Of a stretch of 64,000 bases of DNA, positions 30,756-45,400 are shown piece after piece. The number at the start of each line of letters is the position of its first letter. The first letter of the stretch is position 1. A model generated the notes under the pieces. It was not told the origin of the DNA. It did no database searches and worked only from the letters and a program-made list of their open reading frames with translations. The position numbers were made by a program, and so were the translations under genes. The stretch is from Eledone cirrhosa (taxonomy: Eukaryota), in the NCBI GenBank assembly GCA_964016885.1, contig OZ024750.1:48732001-48796000 (forward strand). The letters run 5' to 3'.

Positions 30756-31137
30756 TAATATATGTTCATTCTTCTTACATAAGGTCTTTCCCTTCCAAAC
30801 ACCTATAATCTCTTCCCTCAGATTATATATATCAATATCATTCTAACCTTATATATAAAGTTCACTTATTAATTTTAATTTTAATTTACTCCTTAAAACA
30901 TTTAATTTCTAATACTTATATTATGGCACTCTCCAGAAATTCTTTTATGAAAATACTTTGAAAAATTCTAAAAATATCCTTCGAAACACCTCCTGGAAAT
31001 GTTTGTAAAACTTATGATTAAGTAGCTGAAAGGTTCTTTTGAAAGATATGTAAATCCACTATTTTCATATCTTCCCTACATATTCTAAGCATGTTTAATA
31101 CTTATGTATTTTCTTATATATCCAACTATTTTTGATA

Positions 31138-32128
31138 CTTATGTATTTTCATGTATATCCAATCATTTATATTATTTTTATATAAATATGTGCAATAATT
31201 ATGTCTTATATTTTAATTATATTTTAAGATGCATTTTTATAACTTCTTATAACTTTCGTAGTGATTTTTATCTATCCTTGAATCATTTGGGTTCTACAAA
31301 AATATATTGAAAAAAGAGGGAGAAAGAGTAGTGAGAGGGAGAGTGAAGAAAGAGAAAGTAGGGCGAAGTGTGCGAAGAAATAAATTTATATAGATGAGTA
31401 TCAGAATGTAAATATATTATTCGTTATGTTGTGTTTATATTACTTATAAAGGTAAAGTTAAAAAATTAATTTAAATTATTGATAATAAATCTTTACAAAA
31501 GAGTATTGTTATAATTTAGTTAAACATTTAACCAGAATTTTAATTAAAATTTAATTAGAATTTAATTAAAATTTAATTAATTACAATAAGATTGTTAAAA
31601 GTAGTTAAAATGTATTAAGAAGTATTAATACTATATAGGTTTAGATGGGTATTTTATGATATAGGTTATAAATTATTTGAATGTATAGTATTTTGCATTA
31701 GAAAAAAAAAACAGGTATAGTTTAATTGATTAAAATAAGCTTGGCAAAATTATATTTAGCCAGAGTTTATAAATAGTTGTAAGTTAAACCTTAAACATCA
31801 AATATTTATGAAGATTTACGAGAGTTTAGAAAGGAAAAAGTATTTAATTAGAAGTATATATTAAAACAATTTACAATTTCGACTATAAATTAAGACTATA
31901 AAGATTGAGATTATAAAAACAATAAGGAAGCTTAAAGGAAGTTAAAAAAGGGATTTGTTTAAAACCCATTAAAACCCAAATGATTCAAGGATAGATAAAA
32001 ATCACTACGAAAGTTATAAGAAGTTATAAAAATTCATCTTAAAATATAATTAAAATATACGACATAAATACTGCACATATATATAAAAATAATATAAATG
32101 ATTGGATATATATATGGAAATACATAAC
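31138..32128. repeat. Inverted repeat (about 31138-31293 vs 31973-32128), probably PLE pLTR-derived
   Basis: ataactttcgtagtgatttttatctatccttgaatcatttgggtt vs aacccaaatgattcaaggatagataaaaatcactacgaaagttat. Confidence 0.75.
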
Positions 32129-32194
32129 ATGGTATGTTTTGTAATGAGTAAGGTGAAGTCAAGGCAGAGCTGTAATAAGTTTGTTTGTTAACAC

Positions 32195-32760
32195 TAAAGC
32201 ACTTCAGGATAGACGATATTCTTTGTTTTTCTTTTCGGAACAAACGCAAAGAGATTATATCGACTGCCAACTCGTGAGCAGGCAACGTAGAATTGTCTGT
32301 GCGAAAAGCAAGGTTCATCCAAGTGAATTCCGGCGACGGACAGAGTTTGACCTTACGACTTGTTTATGACATCGCAAAGGCAACACGAAGGGGAAATTCG
32401 GTTCGGCGAAAGGAGAAGGGAGTATGCACGCCTCATGTAGTCAGGCTAATTTTTGTTATTATCACACCCTCTCCTTTTCCAAATCCGGATAGAATGGTAG
32501 CGTCAATACTACGTGTAGACAGTTTTAAACCACAAGGCGTGTACCATTGCATAGTTTTGGAGGAGTGATATAAAATCTCAGCAAAATAACAGGCGTTCTC
32601 TCTTTCATAATCAATGTATTAGGAGGTAAACCAGGAGGATTTAAAGAATTTAGAATATCAACTGGATAATTGACCGCACCCTGTGGATCACATACAGTAT
32701 CAATAGATTTATATATCCGTGGACATCCAGGAAGAATCCTGTTCAGTATGTTCCTTCATT
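32195..32760 (-). pseudogene. Helitron Pif1-like helicase C-terminal remnant
   Basis: YKSIDTV..NYPVDILNSLNPPGLPP..PKLCNGTRLVV..RTEFPLRVAFAM..GQTLSVAGIHL.EPCFSH.QFYVACSRVG, with stops and frameshifts. Confidence 0.85.
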
Positions 32761-33439
32761 GTCAACGAAGTTTGATGTGTACGAATACAGCTGGAAGCAT
32801 AGATAATGCCTGCCTCAAATGTGGACGGAATTATTTTAAAAATGTAAAAGCTGTAGGTCCCAATGGTTTGAATGGAAATTCCCAATACGAGTGTTCTAAA
32901 AATAAATAAACATCATGAAAATCTCGTCAAATCGAGACTGCTGCGGGATTAGGCCCTTAACGCGGAAATTAACACTCAACATAGTGAAACAAGTTAAAAC
33001 AACAAGTGTTTTTTTAACTTTGAAATTGCAACAAAGAATAAACAAGAAACAAACAATTTATCTTCAAATGAATCTGATGTTTATATTTCTAAAAATTCGT
33101 CCGACGATGATTGTTGTTTTAAAATTTAAAACGAAGTTCTTCATATCTCAATCTCTTTATACGGATTGTTAATAAGGTTGGTTATATCCCCTTTTTTATA
33201 ATGATTGTCAATCAATTTGGTTATCTCCCTTACATCAACTTTGCTACCGATAATTTTGATATTGATTTGTTATTGCTCAACGTGGGTCCATTGGAAAACT
33301 GTTTTGATGTGACCATCTTAGCGACCTGTGTAACGGCACGTGCAATTTGGTCAAATTCGGTTTGTAATTGTAAAAGCCTTAGGTATCCTCATTTCTACGC
33401 AGACACGCACACATCCTCGCTTTCATATATATAAAGCTA

Positions 33440-36400
33440 TATCCTCATCATCACCATCATCCGGCGGCCTCAGCTGAAATCGTCTCAACAGTTGATCTCC
33501 ACGTGGGTCTGTCATTAATTGCCGTTGCCAAGTCCTGGATTTCAACACCAGAATCTCTGGAGATGACATCGGGGTAGGAGAGCTTGCGCTGTCTGTTATT
33601 AGTGACTGTTTGTGGTTTCCGAAGCAATAATGGGAACACAGCCTCGTGGGTGGCATGTTTGCAGTGGCCAGCAAATATTACTCTCTTCTTACGTACAAAG
33701 ACAAATATCCGTGGGAGGCCGGCATATATCATTCTCAAAGGCTGATGTTGCCAGCTTATGTACTGAATGCGCTTAAGAAGGTGCATGTAAGTGCCATCAG
33801 GGCGTTTTAGTTGTTTGGATGAAAGCGTCCCTGTTTCACTTCCATATAGTAAGATTTGTTGAATTGTTACTTTGAAAAGTCTGATCTTGGTGTGGTTGGA
33901 AATATTTGAGCGCCAAACTCGATCCATGTTGTTACAAGCTGACCATGATTGGACCTTTCTGGTGGAGAAATAATTCTCGAAGTCTATGAACAGGACTTAA
34001 GATACTTGAAATCCTCGACTTCCTTGATATCACTGCCGTTGATTGCATTGATGCTGTTGCCTGTACAGTTTGATATGTACTCTGTTTTACCCCAGTTGAG
34101 ATGAAGGCCAGCGAGGGTGGCTGCTTCCTGGAGATGTGTCAAAAGATGTTGCGCATTTTCTAGGCAATATGCAAGAAGTGCAATGTCAGCCACAAAGTCA
34201 AGGTCAGTGAAATGTTTAGAGCGGAGCCTAGAGCTCATGCGGGGTTTGATGGCTATACACTTGTTATTGATTATTTCAATTGAGAGTCTCAAGGCGTAGT
34301 GTAGTACAATGGTAAACTGGGAGGGGGCAAGAGTGTCACCCTGCAGCACATCTGCTGAGATGTCAAAGAACTTGTTGGGCCATCAGGGATGATGATAGTC
34401 GAACTTGTGTTGAGATACATAGCCTTAATTGCTTCCACAAGTCCTGCTGGTATGCCATACAATGGTAGAATGTCCAACAGAATGTCCCTGTTAATGCTGT
34501 CAAAAGCTTTTCTAAAGTCAACAAAAGCAATGCAATTTGTCTTTTGGCGTTTCTCATCTCTTCCCCCCCGACTCTCCTGGTGGCCAAAACCTGTGCAAGT
34601 GTAGATCTACGACGCCTACAACCGTTTTGGTTGATGCGTAGGACTGGATCAAAATTCGGAACTATACGGTTACTTGTTGTAGATATTGGCAGAAATGGGT
34701 ATAACTGATATTCCTCGGTAGTTTTTAACCAACTTGTTGGAGGAATTTAGCTGCTTCAGTTATCGTTGCATATTGATAATAGGACTGGAGTAAGATTTAG
34801 GTCTTTCTAAATTATATTGGGTATGTTATCGAGACCGGGTGATGTTTTGGTTTTTGCGTGTTTTTATCACATGGTTGATCTCACGCAAGATGAAGAGTCC
34901 AGTGGAGATGTTGAGTTCAAGTGATACCACAGACTTTGGGAGATCGCCTTCTACAGGGGATGGTTCGCCGAGTAGACCCTTGAAGTGGTCAGTCCAGCTC
35001 CTTTTCCTAGCTTCTTGAGAGCCTTTTTTGATGATGGGTGAGGGAATTTCTCTCCTACCAGTTTTTTCGTTGATAAAAGCCCATTCAGCAATGTGCTGTT
35101 TGTTCATATAAAGGGTCTTAAATTTGTTTATTTTCCCTTCTACATACTGTTCAAGAGCAGTTGTTTGCACACCATCAAGATTTTTTTTGCATTGGGTCAT
35201 TTCACTTTTCAGTAAATGAGTTGGATTTGAGTGGTACTGAGAAAAAAGACATTGTAGTTGTTTGCGCGTTGAGGATACTAAGTAATGTGAGTTCAATTTC
35301 GTTTGTTTCCTTTTGGTCTCTTGGGTTAAGCTGGAAAGAGCAACTTCCTCATTGAAACAATTAGGTTCGAGTATTTAGTCCCGATATAATCATCAATACA
35401 GGATAGTTCAGAAATGCTATTGTAGACACTCATTGCATACCGGCTGGAAAGCTCCTTATTTCATGACACTAACCTCCAGTCAATTTGTTTCATAGGCTTA
35501 GGTGCGCTAATGTTAAGAGTAACTTTGGAAGTGAGAATTCTTTGATCAGATCCCATGGCGAAGAAGGAGGATTAGGTTTCAGAGTCACGGAAGCTGTATC
35601 ACAATTGTTTCTGAAATAGGATATAATCCAATTGATCTCTACTATCGTTAGTGTAGGTGACTGACCAGAGCTTGAATTGCTTGTTCATGAAGCAATTTGT
35701 AGACGAGAAGATTTCAAATTCGTCGAGGAGTCGGAGAAGCATTTCACCCTTTTGATTTGTTTCGGTGTTGAAAGTGAATTTTACATCGTCAGGGCCTAGA
35801 TTGACATTGAAGTCGCATGCAATAGTAATGAAATTATGGGCAGGAATGTTTTCATGACCGATCTCAGAGCCTGATAGAAACTGGCGGCTGTTTCATCATC
35901 ACTGCTATGTGTTGTGATATAGCAAGATATGTGAGTTTTCGATTTCAATTGAACTCAGCAACCATTATTCTATCGTCTGTCTTTTAGAAGTTGATGAGGT
36001 TATCACGTGCCCTTGATGAGAGAAGCATGCCAACTCCACCAATGGTGGCATTATTGGAGTTTTTGTATGCAGTGGCAGTGGCAAGCTGGAAATTGTCATT
36101 TCTTGTAAACTTTACGTCTAGATCTGGATGGAAATGTCTAAGCTCTTAAAGACTGATTATGTCAAGAGCATTAGATTTAACGTTTGTTACTAGATCATCA
36201 ACTCTTCCAAGAGGACCAAGGGTTTTGACGTTGAGTGTACTAAAGTAAGCGGGAGCTATACACTTTAGGTAAGGTTTAGATCTGCCTTCTGCTCTATTTA
36301 CAACAGTCAACTTAGATGAGTCCAGTTTGAAGACTGATCTGTCATTGGTCTCAGAGTATGATGTGTGAGTTGCAGGAAAATCAGCTAGGGCAGGCATTTG

Positions 36401-36870
36401 AACCTTGGTGCAAATCAATAATTAATCCATTTTTTCGACAGACGGACACAAGTGCGCGTTGCGAGGACTGCACAGGCCTTTTTAAGCTACTGACAGCTCA
36501 TATTTAGCCCATAGCTGTAGGTAATGTTGGTAGGAATTCCAAGCGCCCTCTGGTTGTTTTTTCCATGTTTCTGGGGGGGGGGGTGTCTTGGTATTTATCA
36601 TTAGGACTTCATCTCCAGGCCGGTGGCCTGGGATCTAACTTTCCGCAGGATCAAAATGGTATTCGAAACTTCACATGCACACACACACACAGACACACAC
36701 ACAGACATGCGTGCAATCAGTGCCATGTACCCCCCTCTCCAGACATAATGTACAAATTCACACATTATTTGATGGTCTTTGACTCTTATGAGTTCTTCCG
36801 CCCTTTTGTCAGGGTCTGTTTTTCGTCTCGCAGGGTGTCCAAAATCACCCTCCTCACAAAGCAAGCTTGT
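33440..36870 (-). mobile_element. Decayed near-full-length RTE-like LINE (APE plus RT) with a (GAT)n-like 3' tail
   Basis: STLNVKTL..GGVGMLL (APE); LQGDTLAP..DLDFVADIALL..VEDFKYL (RT); KIRLFK..LLYGSET..FAGHC. Many stops and frameshifts. Confidence 0.85.
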
Positions 36871-36889
36871 ATATATATATATATATATA

Positions 36890-37165
36890 TTGTTAACCCT
36901 GGGGAGGGTCATATTGCTGTAATAATATTGCCAGAAATAATAAGAGAACACACTCACTGTTTGGTTGGTTTTCGCTTCTGTATCTTTTATATCCCCACAA
37001 TTAATTCCTCTGGTTCTCAATGTTTATCATTGACTGACCAACGGTCAAAATTACAGATATAATATAGATATACACACCTATATATAGTTAACAATGTTCT
37101 TTCGTTGCACATCTGCAACATCATAAGTGGTACTATTATGTTCCTCCTGTTGTATTGTATGGCAT
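36890..37165 (-). mobile_element. Solo arm of the 16369-16955 PLE family
   Basis: gaacacactcactgtttggttggttttcgcttctgta..ttctttcgttgcacatctgcaacatc matches 16470-16640. Confidence 0.8.
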
Positions 37166-37469
37166 AGCCCCTCCTCATTCTAATTAAGCGTTTTGAATAC
37201 TGGAAGGAACTGAAAAATAAAAGAGTTATCGGAATCTATTTATTTATATAGTATTACTTATATAGTATTATTATTATTTTTTTTTTTTTTTAAATAAAAA
37301 AGCCTAAATTAAGAAAAGCACTTTCAACGAATAAATAATGTAAATTCTTAATTACTATTATGATATGCAATAAAAAAAACCCATACCTGAACCTCAAACA
37401 AAATACACGAACAGTGAACACCATAAAATAAGCATTAATAGTGTTTACTATTTGATTAAATGACCATTG

Positions 37470-38400
37470 TCTTTTCCGGTCAAAATGAGGTAAACTTTGG
37501 CTTGATATCTGTACATTTAATATGTATTTGTGCCTATTTTCGTAGCCTATTCTGGCTTTAGAATCTTTTTTCACTAACTTGAATGCATGCTCGACTCCTT
37601 GGCTATGAGAAGGAGAGTCCTGAACGAGCTTTAAGAATATCAACGTTTGTAAAGTTCCGTAAAACTGGAGGGGATATTATAATTTCATTTTCACAGTTAA
37701 TCAAATCAACATAACCCTGTACTTCAAAATTGATTTTGCTTGGTAGTTTGTAATATCTTAATTATTCACGGGCATTTGGGGAAAAAGTTCTAGCTTTAAT
37801 AATTCGCTGGATTCCTACTTTCCTAATTTGTCTTTTTCCATCATTCAGCATATTCTGTAAAATATTCTCCGGATGGGCAAAATACGAATTATTTTTTAAC
37901 GATTTCTCCATAACTTCTTTATTATCTTCATTCATATATTGCATTAGATGTGCCATATACCAAACATTACTTGCTCCTTAATGTAACTTTGGGTAAGATT
38001 TAATCCAGAACTAGCTTGGAGCATAAACTTGCGTTATGGTTTTAACAACTTCCATAATATTATTTTCTGGATTTTTTTCCGAAACATGTAAGCGAAGAAT
38101 TCTGTTTGCACGTGTTAGACACATTGCATGATGGATTTTATCTGGTAATATTGCTGCTAACTACTCAGAAACTAACCCGGTGTTAATACTGAGGCACATT
38201 CCATACAACTTCTACTTGCAAATCCTTCACTTTATTTTTTTACTGGAGAAAATTTGATTATCTTTAAGTTTGTTACATCTTTAATTTTATTGCCAATAAA
38301 GCGTTTTGACGTTCGAGGTCATGTTGTTTTTCCATCCATGGATTCAAATACGCCTCGAAACGGAAGCACATTTGTACGTCGCAGACATATCAGCCACTGA
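37470..38400 (-). pseudogene. DNA transposase remnant, hAT-like (hATm-type motifs)
   Basis: QWLICL..NVLPFR..DGKTT; LTRANRILRL; NNSYFAHPENIL..IQRIIKAR; PSHSQGVE..KLV. Superfamily assignment is from remembered motifs only. Confidence 0.6.
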
Positions 38401-38746
38401 AGTGATTTATTGTCTTATATCTTAATGTTTTTGCTATATTTAATAATCAGGTGTTTTAAACAAGTTTTCTACAGTGAAATATGATCAAATGTTTCATATC
38501 CATAAGCAATTTAGTATATATGTGTTAGAGATGATATGATTATCATAGAAAATTAGGGTATTTAATTGTGTGGGTGTATGCGTGAATATAACCCTAATTT
38601 TCATATATATTTTATTAAAAACAATATTTGAAATTCTGTGCAAACCGTGGAATTAACGTTCATTAAAACATGTTGTGTTTCGTCCCCCACCCTAATATAT
38701 ATACATACACACAAACACACATATACACACATACACACACACACAT

Positions 38747-38837
<91 letters not shown>

Positions 38838-38841
<4 letters not shown>

Positions 38842-41248
38842 GAACACTGTAAGGTAATATCCATAGTGGTAGAGGACTCAATCCATGGGACGAGATTGGT
38901 AGAAGTTTTGGTCACTTCCAACCAACCTAATCAACCATATGAGGTCATATCATATCTAGGTATGGCCGAGGGCCGACATAAGAAACGCTTCCTGAACCAT
39001 CAGTTGACCTTTAGGTACCCAGACAAATGATCATTCACAAAACATGCGAGCCACGGGCGGTCCCTCAACGAACCGGGTATAGTCTACTCCATTCAATGGA
39101 AAGCCATCACTACGTCCAAGCCATACGCAAGGGGCCATACGTTTTGTGGACTATGTGTTGTAGAAAGGATAAATATTCTAAGGTGATTAGGCAATAGCGA
39201 TTGCGTAAGTTCTATAATGAAATCTGCTCACGTTGTCCACATGTCTGGAAACACCTCTTACATAACTACAAAGCTCTGGATTGAATAACTACAACATTCT
39301 AATTTTCTAATCATTTCGAACATCTTTTCGAGACTTTGCAGTTATCTCCCTAACACCTTTCGCCCATGGCTTTGTATCAATTGGGTGAAGTGACCGTTTC
39401 TGCGCATGCGCGTTCATACGGTCGTTCTTCCTATTCAGTATAACCATGAACAGTACGAGCTGAAGATCCTCTAAGGTGAAACAATTGTTCTCGGTATGGT
39501 GAACTAACTGTTGTGTTACCACTTCTACCAAACTCGTCCATGGACTGAGTGCTCTACTACTACGGATATTACCTTCCAGTTCCTACCTCTATGTACGTCT
39601 TCAGCAGCAGTCATCAGATTCGTGGAAGTTTGGCTTTCTGCAGATTCTTCTCTACGTGGGAGTTTGGCTACATTCTGAGCGCTCTCTAAATCCCCGGGTC
39701 CTATACAACTTTGCGTCTCTTCAACGCCAGAATGGATTCATACGAACCGAATTACTCCCTGAAAAAAATTCCCACTCCCTCCAACCATGTTTCCCAAAAA
39801 CCTCTCCTATAAAAAGCGGAAGATGTCGCCAGACGCTTAAGATAGTGAGCCCTAAATTTTGACTACAACATTAGAGGCACCAGTAACGCCTTCAGCCTGA
39901 AATCGAGAGCCTACCCTCCTAAGATAACTGAACTCGCTCCTTTCCAAGCTGACCTTCGTGACTTAGTCGCTAACATTTCCTTTCGCAAACACTCTAACAC
40001 CTTCCAAACTAAACTTAGACATGATATTAAGAAATTTAGCTCTTCCAATAACAATTTCGTTCTTTCTGACAAAACTAATAATATTTACAAGTCTACTTAC
40101 AGCCACTTGGCACATAACGCAATTACTTCCAAATATAAGAAGGCTAACCCTATTGCCTACCACAACATCAATACAGAAGCCAAAGACATTGCTGCCACGC
40201 TTAAGGTAGATAAGAAGCTACAATGCTTAGCTAAGCGTGAGGCGTTTCTCACCCTGAAACTCAGAAGGTAGGCTTTGCTTCTAATCCGAGGTGTAGACTA
40301 CTAAACCCGGCACGCACGGAAATGGGATTAGTCAGTAAGGCTATACTTAGAAACATAGTTAAGACCATTAGGACCAAGTCCAACCTGTCTCAGTGGGGGA
40401 ACAGCGACTCCGTCATTAAATTGCTTAACTCCGTCAACACCAAAAAAGTTCACGCAATTTAATATTGTAGATTTTTACACGTCCACCTCAGAGACCCTGT
40501 TAAACAAAGTGTTTGTCTTTGTAAAACTCACACTACCCTCTAGGTTTTAGCCAGGGAGATCATCACAAACTGCCGAAAAAAACCTCCTCTACAACAACGG
40601 AGTAGCCTGGGCAAAGAAATCAACCACTTCAGAACTATTCGACGTCTCCATGAGATCGTTTGAAAGTGATGACGTATGCGACCTGGTTATCCAATTTATT
40701 TTAGACATAGTACGTGTTAGATTCCCGACAATGGCCTGACCTTATCGAGCCATAAAAGTGTTCATGACCTGGACCGTTTTAAAAAAGACTTAATTCTACG
40801 TTTAATGAGTTAGGACTTAGGATAAGAGTAGCCACCAACCTCTCTAGCGTAGATTTCTTAGACATTAATTTAGACCTTCGCACATACACATACAGACCTT
40901 TCCGTAAGCTTAACGAAAAGCTTAATTACATTCACAAGACTCATGCCACCCTCCCAATGTTTTTAGAATTTTCGTAAATAATATCAGTACTGGAAACACT
41001 AACCTCTCCTCTACTAAGGCCACCTTTGACAGAACAGCACCCTACTATAACACGGCGTTAGCTAGCAGCGGCTTCTCGCAACCAATTACTTACTCCCCCA
41101 CTAACAACAACAGCAATAAAAAAATAAATCGTAACAATAGATAAATGATCCGGTTCTCTCTTCCCTTCTCACTCAAAGTTAAAACTAATGAAGGAAAACA
41201 TTGTTTATCCCTCTTAGGCAGACACTTTCCCATCGTTCACAAATACCG
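38838..41248 (+). mobile_element. Naiad-type PLE in partial-tandem layout: inverted tail, upstream pLTR with EN fragment and HHR, then decayed RT body truncated at RHFPIVHKY
   Basis: EN YLGMAE..KKRFLNH..W..CGLC. RT DKTNNIY, CRLLNPARTEMG..SKAIL, QWGNS, FNIVDFY, FDVSM, DFLDI, ALASSGF. Confidence 0.85.
39456..39493 (+). ncRNA. Type I hammerhead ribozyme motif in the pLTR
   Basis: cgag-CTGAAGA-tcctctaaggt-GAAA-caattg-TT-ctcg. Confidence 0.75.
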
Positions 41249-41282
41249 TATATGTCTGTGTTCGTATTTCTTATTTGTTCAG

Positions 41283-41358
<76 letters not shown>

Positions 41359-41734
41359 CTGAACAAATAAGAAATACGAACACAGACATATACATATATG
41401 TGTTCAAATCGTAATGGACCAGATTCGGTAAGCTGAAAACAATACTACCTACAGATAATATGGTTTGCTAGACTCAATTTAAAAATAAATCAAGAAATAT
41501 AAATACAAATCAGAATTGTGGTAACTACCGATATATGTATATATCTGTGTTCTTTTTTCTTTTTTGTTGTGTTATATTATACGCGTCAGATAAACCTCTT
41601 TCCTAGAGCTAATTTGTTGTAATGAGACTATTTTGAGTTTCTAACTCAGCACATACCGTTGATATATATATATAAATATATATATATACTCACTCACACA
41701 CACACATGCGCGCGCGCACACATATAAAAGTACA

Positions 41735-41795
<61 letters not shown>

Positions 41796-42409
41796 ACAGG
41801 GAGAAAGAGACGACTATTAGGAAGAAAAATATATCTTTTTCCTTTTTTGTTTCTCTCTCTCTCTCTTTTCTGGGTTAGAAAATGATTAAAACGAAATGTT
41901 TTACTTTGTGTGAAGTGTTAAGGTATTAGTTGATTTATGTATTATTTAACAATGGCATTTATTTATCAATTTCTATATTTAATAATTGTCTATTACCGGC
42001 TCCAGCATTTTTATGCATTATCAAATGATAGTGAAATGTATTAGTGTGGTGTCACCCATGTTAAAGAGAAGGTGCAGAAATAATAATATGATTTACAAAG
42101 AAGGTTTATGGTGTGAAAATATAAAGGAAAAAAAAACGGCCTTAATGTAGAAAAAAAGTCTATGTGGAAGAAAAAATAATGTTATTTACAGGCACAATAC
42201 TTGAAGTTAAGCAGATCAAAATGTGTTAATATGGCAAGAGTCCCTAGTTGATCCATGATTCCATGATGGAGGCAAATGATATATATATATATGTATATAT
42301 CGTGACTCGTGTGCTTCCTCTCCACAGTTTATGATATATATATATATATATAATATATATGAAATATATGAAATATATGAAATATATGAAATAATATATA
42401 CATATATAT

Positions 42410-45400
42410 ATATGAAAGGAAAAATATGAAATCGAAGATGCAACTGAAGTCTTTTTTTTTTAAATATATATATATATATTTATTTGGTTCCTTTACCGGT
42501 TACACAGTTCTTCTGCTTTTCAAAAATAGAGTTGAGATGGAGGATCTGTGGTTTTTTCTCATATCTGGTTGGTCTTAGAATGTTACTTGTTTTAGATGGA
42601 AAAAAGTGGCTCGAAATGCCAGGATTTGAGAGAAGTAATTCGATTAGATGTTGAATAAGTATAATAAATTTCGCGCCAGTTCGCGTTACAAAGTTCTTCA
42701 AACAAAAAGGGGAGGGGGGGGGGGGGGGGGGGGGGCTCAGGTTGTTTTTTTCATATATGAGTAAAGTTTGGTTGGTTGATGCAGTCATGTGAATAAGCAG
42801 ACCAGCTTTCACGCCAGTTTGTGTTCGAATTTCTTTTTGCTTTAAAAAAAGTGGCCCACGAAGTCTTTCTTTTTTATAAATGTAATTTGATTGGTTATAA
42901 ATGAAATTATGACTGACACGTGAACAAATACATTAAATTTCGTGCCCGTATTCTGGAATTTTGTGATAGCCATTTAGAGAATTGTGTGCCAAACAAAAGA
43001 TAATATTCAAGAAAAAGGGATGGAGAGAGTTGTTCTGAGTATGACTGATGTGCTGAAATGTAATTTGATTGGTTATACATGAAATTATGACTGTCACGGG
43101 AACAAGTTCATTAAATTTTGCGCCCGTATTTGGGAATTTATTTTGTAGCCTTTTAGAGAATTTTGTGCCAAACAAAAGATAATAGTCAAGAAAAACAGGA
43201 TGGGGAGAATTGTTCCGGTTCAGTGAATATGTCTGGTGCGCTGGGGTGTCAGAATCAGACTTTCTATTGAAATAAAAAATGTATAGATATGTATGTTTCT
43301 TTGTGTGCTTGTGTGTGTGTGTGAGTGTGTGTGTGTGTGTGTGTGTAGGAATATGATTCTATTAGTGCAAATGGGGAGGGAATGGTGTGTGTGTGTATGT
43401 GTGTGTGTGATTATGGTTAGCATGTTAAGATGGCGAGAATATATATATTTTGTTCTGTGTGTGTAGGAAAATTATTCTGTTAGTAGAAATGGGGGTGGGA
43501 GTTATGGGTGTGTTGGGTGTGTGGTTATCATGTTAAGGTGTTAGAGTATTAACGTATGTTAGGTTTTATTTAGTTCTGGTTTTTATTTTTTAATGTAGAA
43601 AGTGTTATGCGTGCGTGTGTGTGTATGTGTGGTTTGGATGGTTAGCATGTTATGGTTTTGACATAATGTATATTAAACTATATTTAATGCTGGTCTATAT
43701 TTTTGAATAAACATATTTTCCTTATTTATTCGTATTTGTTCTGTTGTATTGTCAGTGCAAAGCTAAAATGGGAAGACTTGGAATTTGGGTGTCTTATTAC
43801 TTGCACATATATCTAGATAAGCACTTAATGGTATCTGTCTCGTGGTTGGATCTCGTAATTGTTGGCGATGAACTGTCATTCTGTTTCTGAGTGTGAGTTT
43901 AGTTTGTCCTATATAATGTTCATTGCATCCTTTACATTTAATGGCATAAATTAGATGTCTTGATGAGCAAGTGAAGTGATTTTTTACAGCAAAATTTTGT
44001 CCTGATTTAAATGTATACGTGTGGCCTTCAATGAGGTGAGTGCAGGTTCCACAATTAGAGCGACCACATTTTTTGACAGTTGGTTGTGGGTTTGTGGTAG
44101 GTAATTTGGCATTGGTAAGTCATATTTTTAGTGATTTCGGTTGTCTTTTTCTTTTGATTATTTTGTGTGTTTCAAGGGCTTTTTTCATTCGTGGATATTG
44201 TTTCAATAGTGGGACGTTCTTGTGAATAGTGTTGTAAGCTTCCGCATTTCTTGGGCTGTGTGTTGAGATATATGATAGAATATTGGAAGTATCTTGAATT
44301 TGTTTCTGTTTTCTTAATTCATCAATGCCTATTGCTTTAGCCCTTTCTATTCCATTATTTATTAGTAATGGTGAGTAGTGTCTTTCGAGTAGAATTTCCT
44401 TTAATTCTTGAAGTCTTTTATTTCGCGTTTCATAATTGGAGATAATTGTCCAAATTGTTCTTGCTAGATTAAAAGGGATGTTCGTCTTCGTGTGCTTTGG
44501 ATCCTTGGAGGTGAATAGCAGGTATTGTTTGGAATCTGTTGGTTTGTAGTGTATGTCAGTTTCAATATTTTTATCCATTTGTAAGATTAAGATGTTCAGA
44601 AATGGGAGTTGATCTTGGCTGTATACCAATGTGAATTGGATGTGGTTACCGATGCCGTTACTTAAATGTTTGAAGTCATTTAGTTGGTCGAGTATGTGGG
44701 ACCAAAGAATGAGACAATCATCCAAGTAGCGTTTCCAATTCTCTGATAAATATTTGTGGAAGTTCAATCAGTATTTTGATTTGCACTGTTCATATATCTG
44801 GACTTCTAAGTATGCCATGATTAAGTTGGCATACATTGGAGCGGCATTTGTACCCATCGCAGTCCCCGATATTTGCTTGTAAGAACTGCAATCGAAATCA
44901 AAATTTCTGTAAAAGTTATGTAAAATAAACTTTAATCCCTCGGTGATGAAGCTTTTTTCTATTCTATCAGGTATCTCATTGGGGTATTTCTCTCGCCAGA
45001 ATCCTATTGTTTTTAGTCCGTATTGGTGTGGGATCGTTGTGTAGAGATTCACTATATCGAAAGTCACAATAATAGTGGTGTTGTTGACATGTTTGGGGAG
45101 GTGGTTTAAGAGGTCCAGATCGTCTCTTACAAGGCTTGGTATGTGTTTGAGAATTGGTTTTAGTAGTATGTCTATAAAGTTGCTTAGTCTGTGTGTTTCA
45201 CATTGTGGGCCCGCTACAATTGGTCTTAAGTTAAGGTATTTGTGATATTGTGTTTTTACGCAGGTTGAGATGGATTGTTGACAGGCATCGTTTATTATTT
45301 TACACTCAATAGATCTTCGGAAGTCCGTAAATGTTGCTGGTTTTGTATTCAAAATCTTTTAAATAATCGCGTTCCTTTTTAGTGAGGCCTTCCTGGTATC

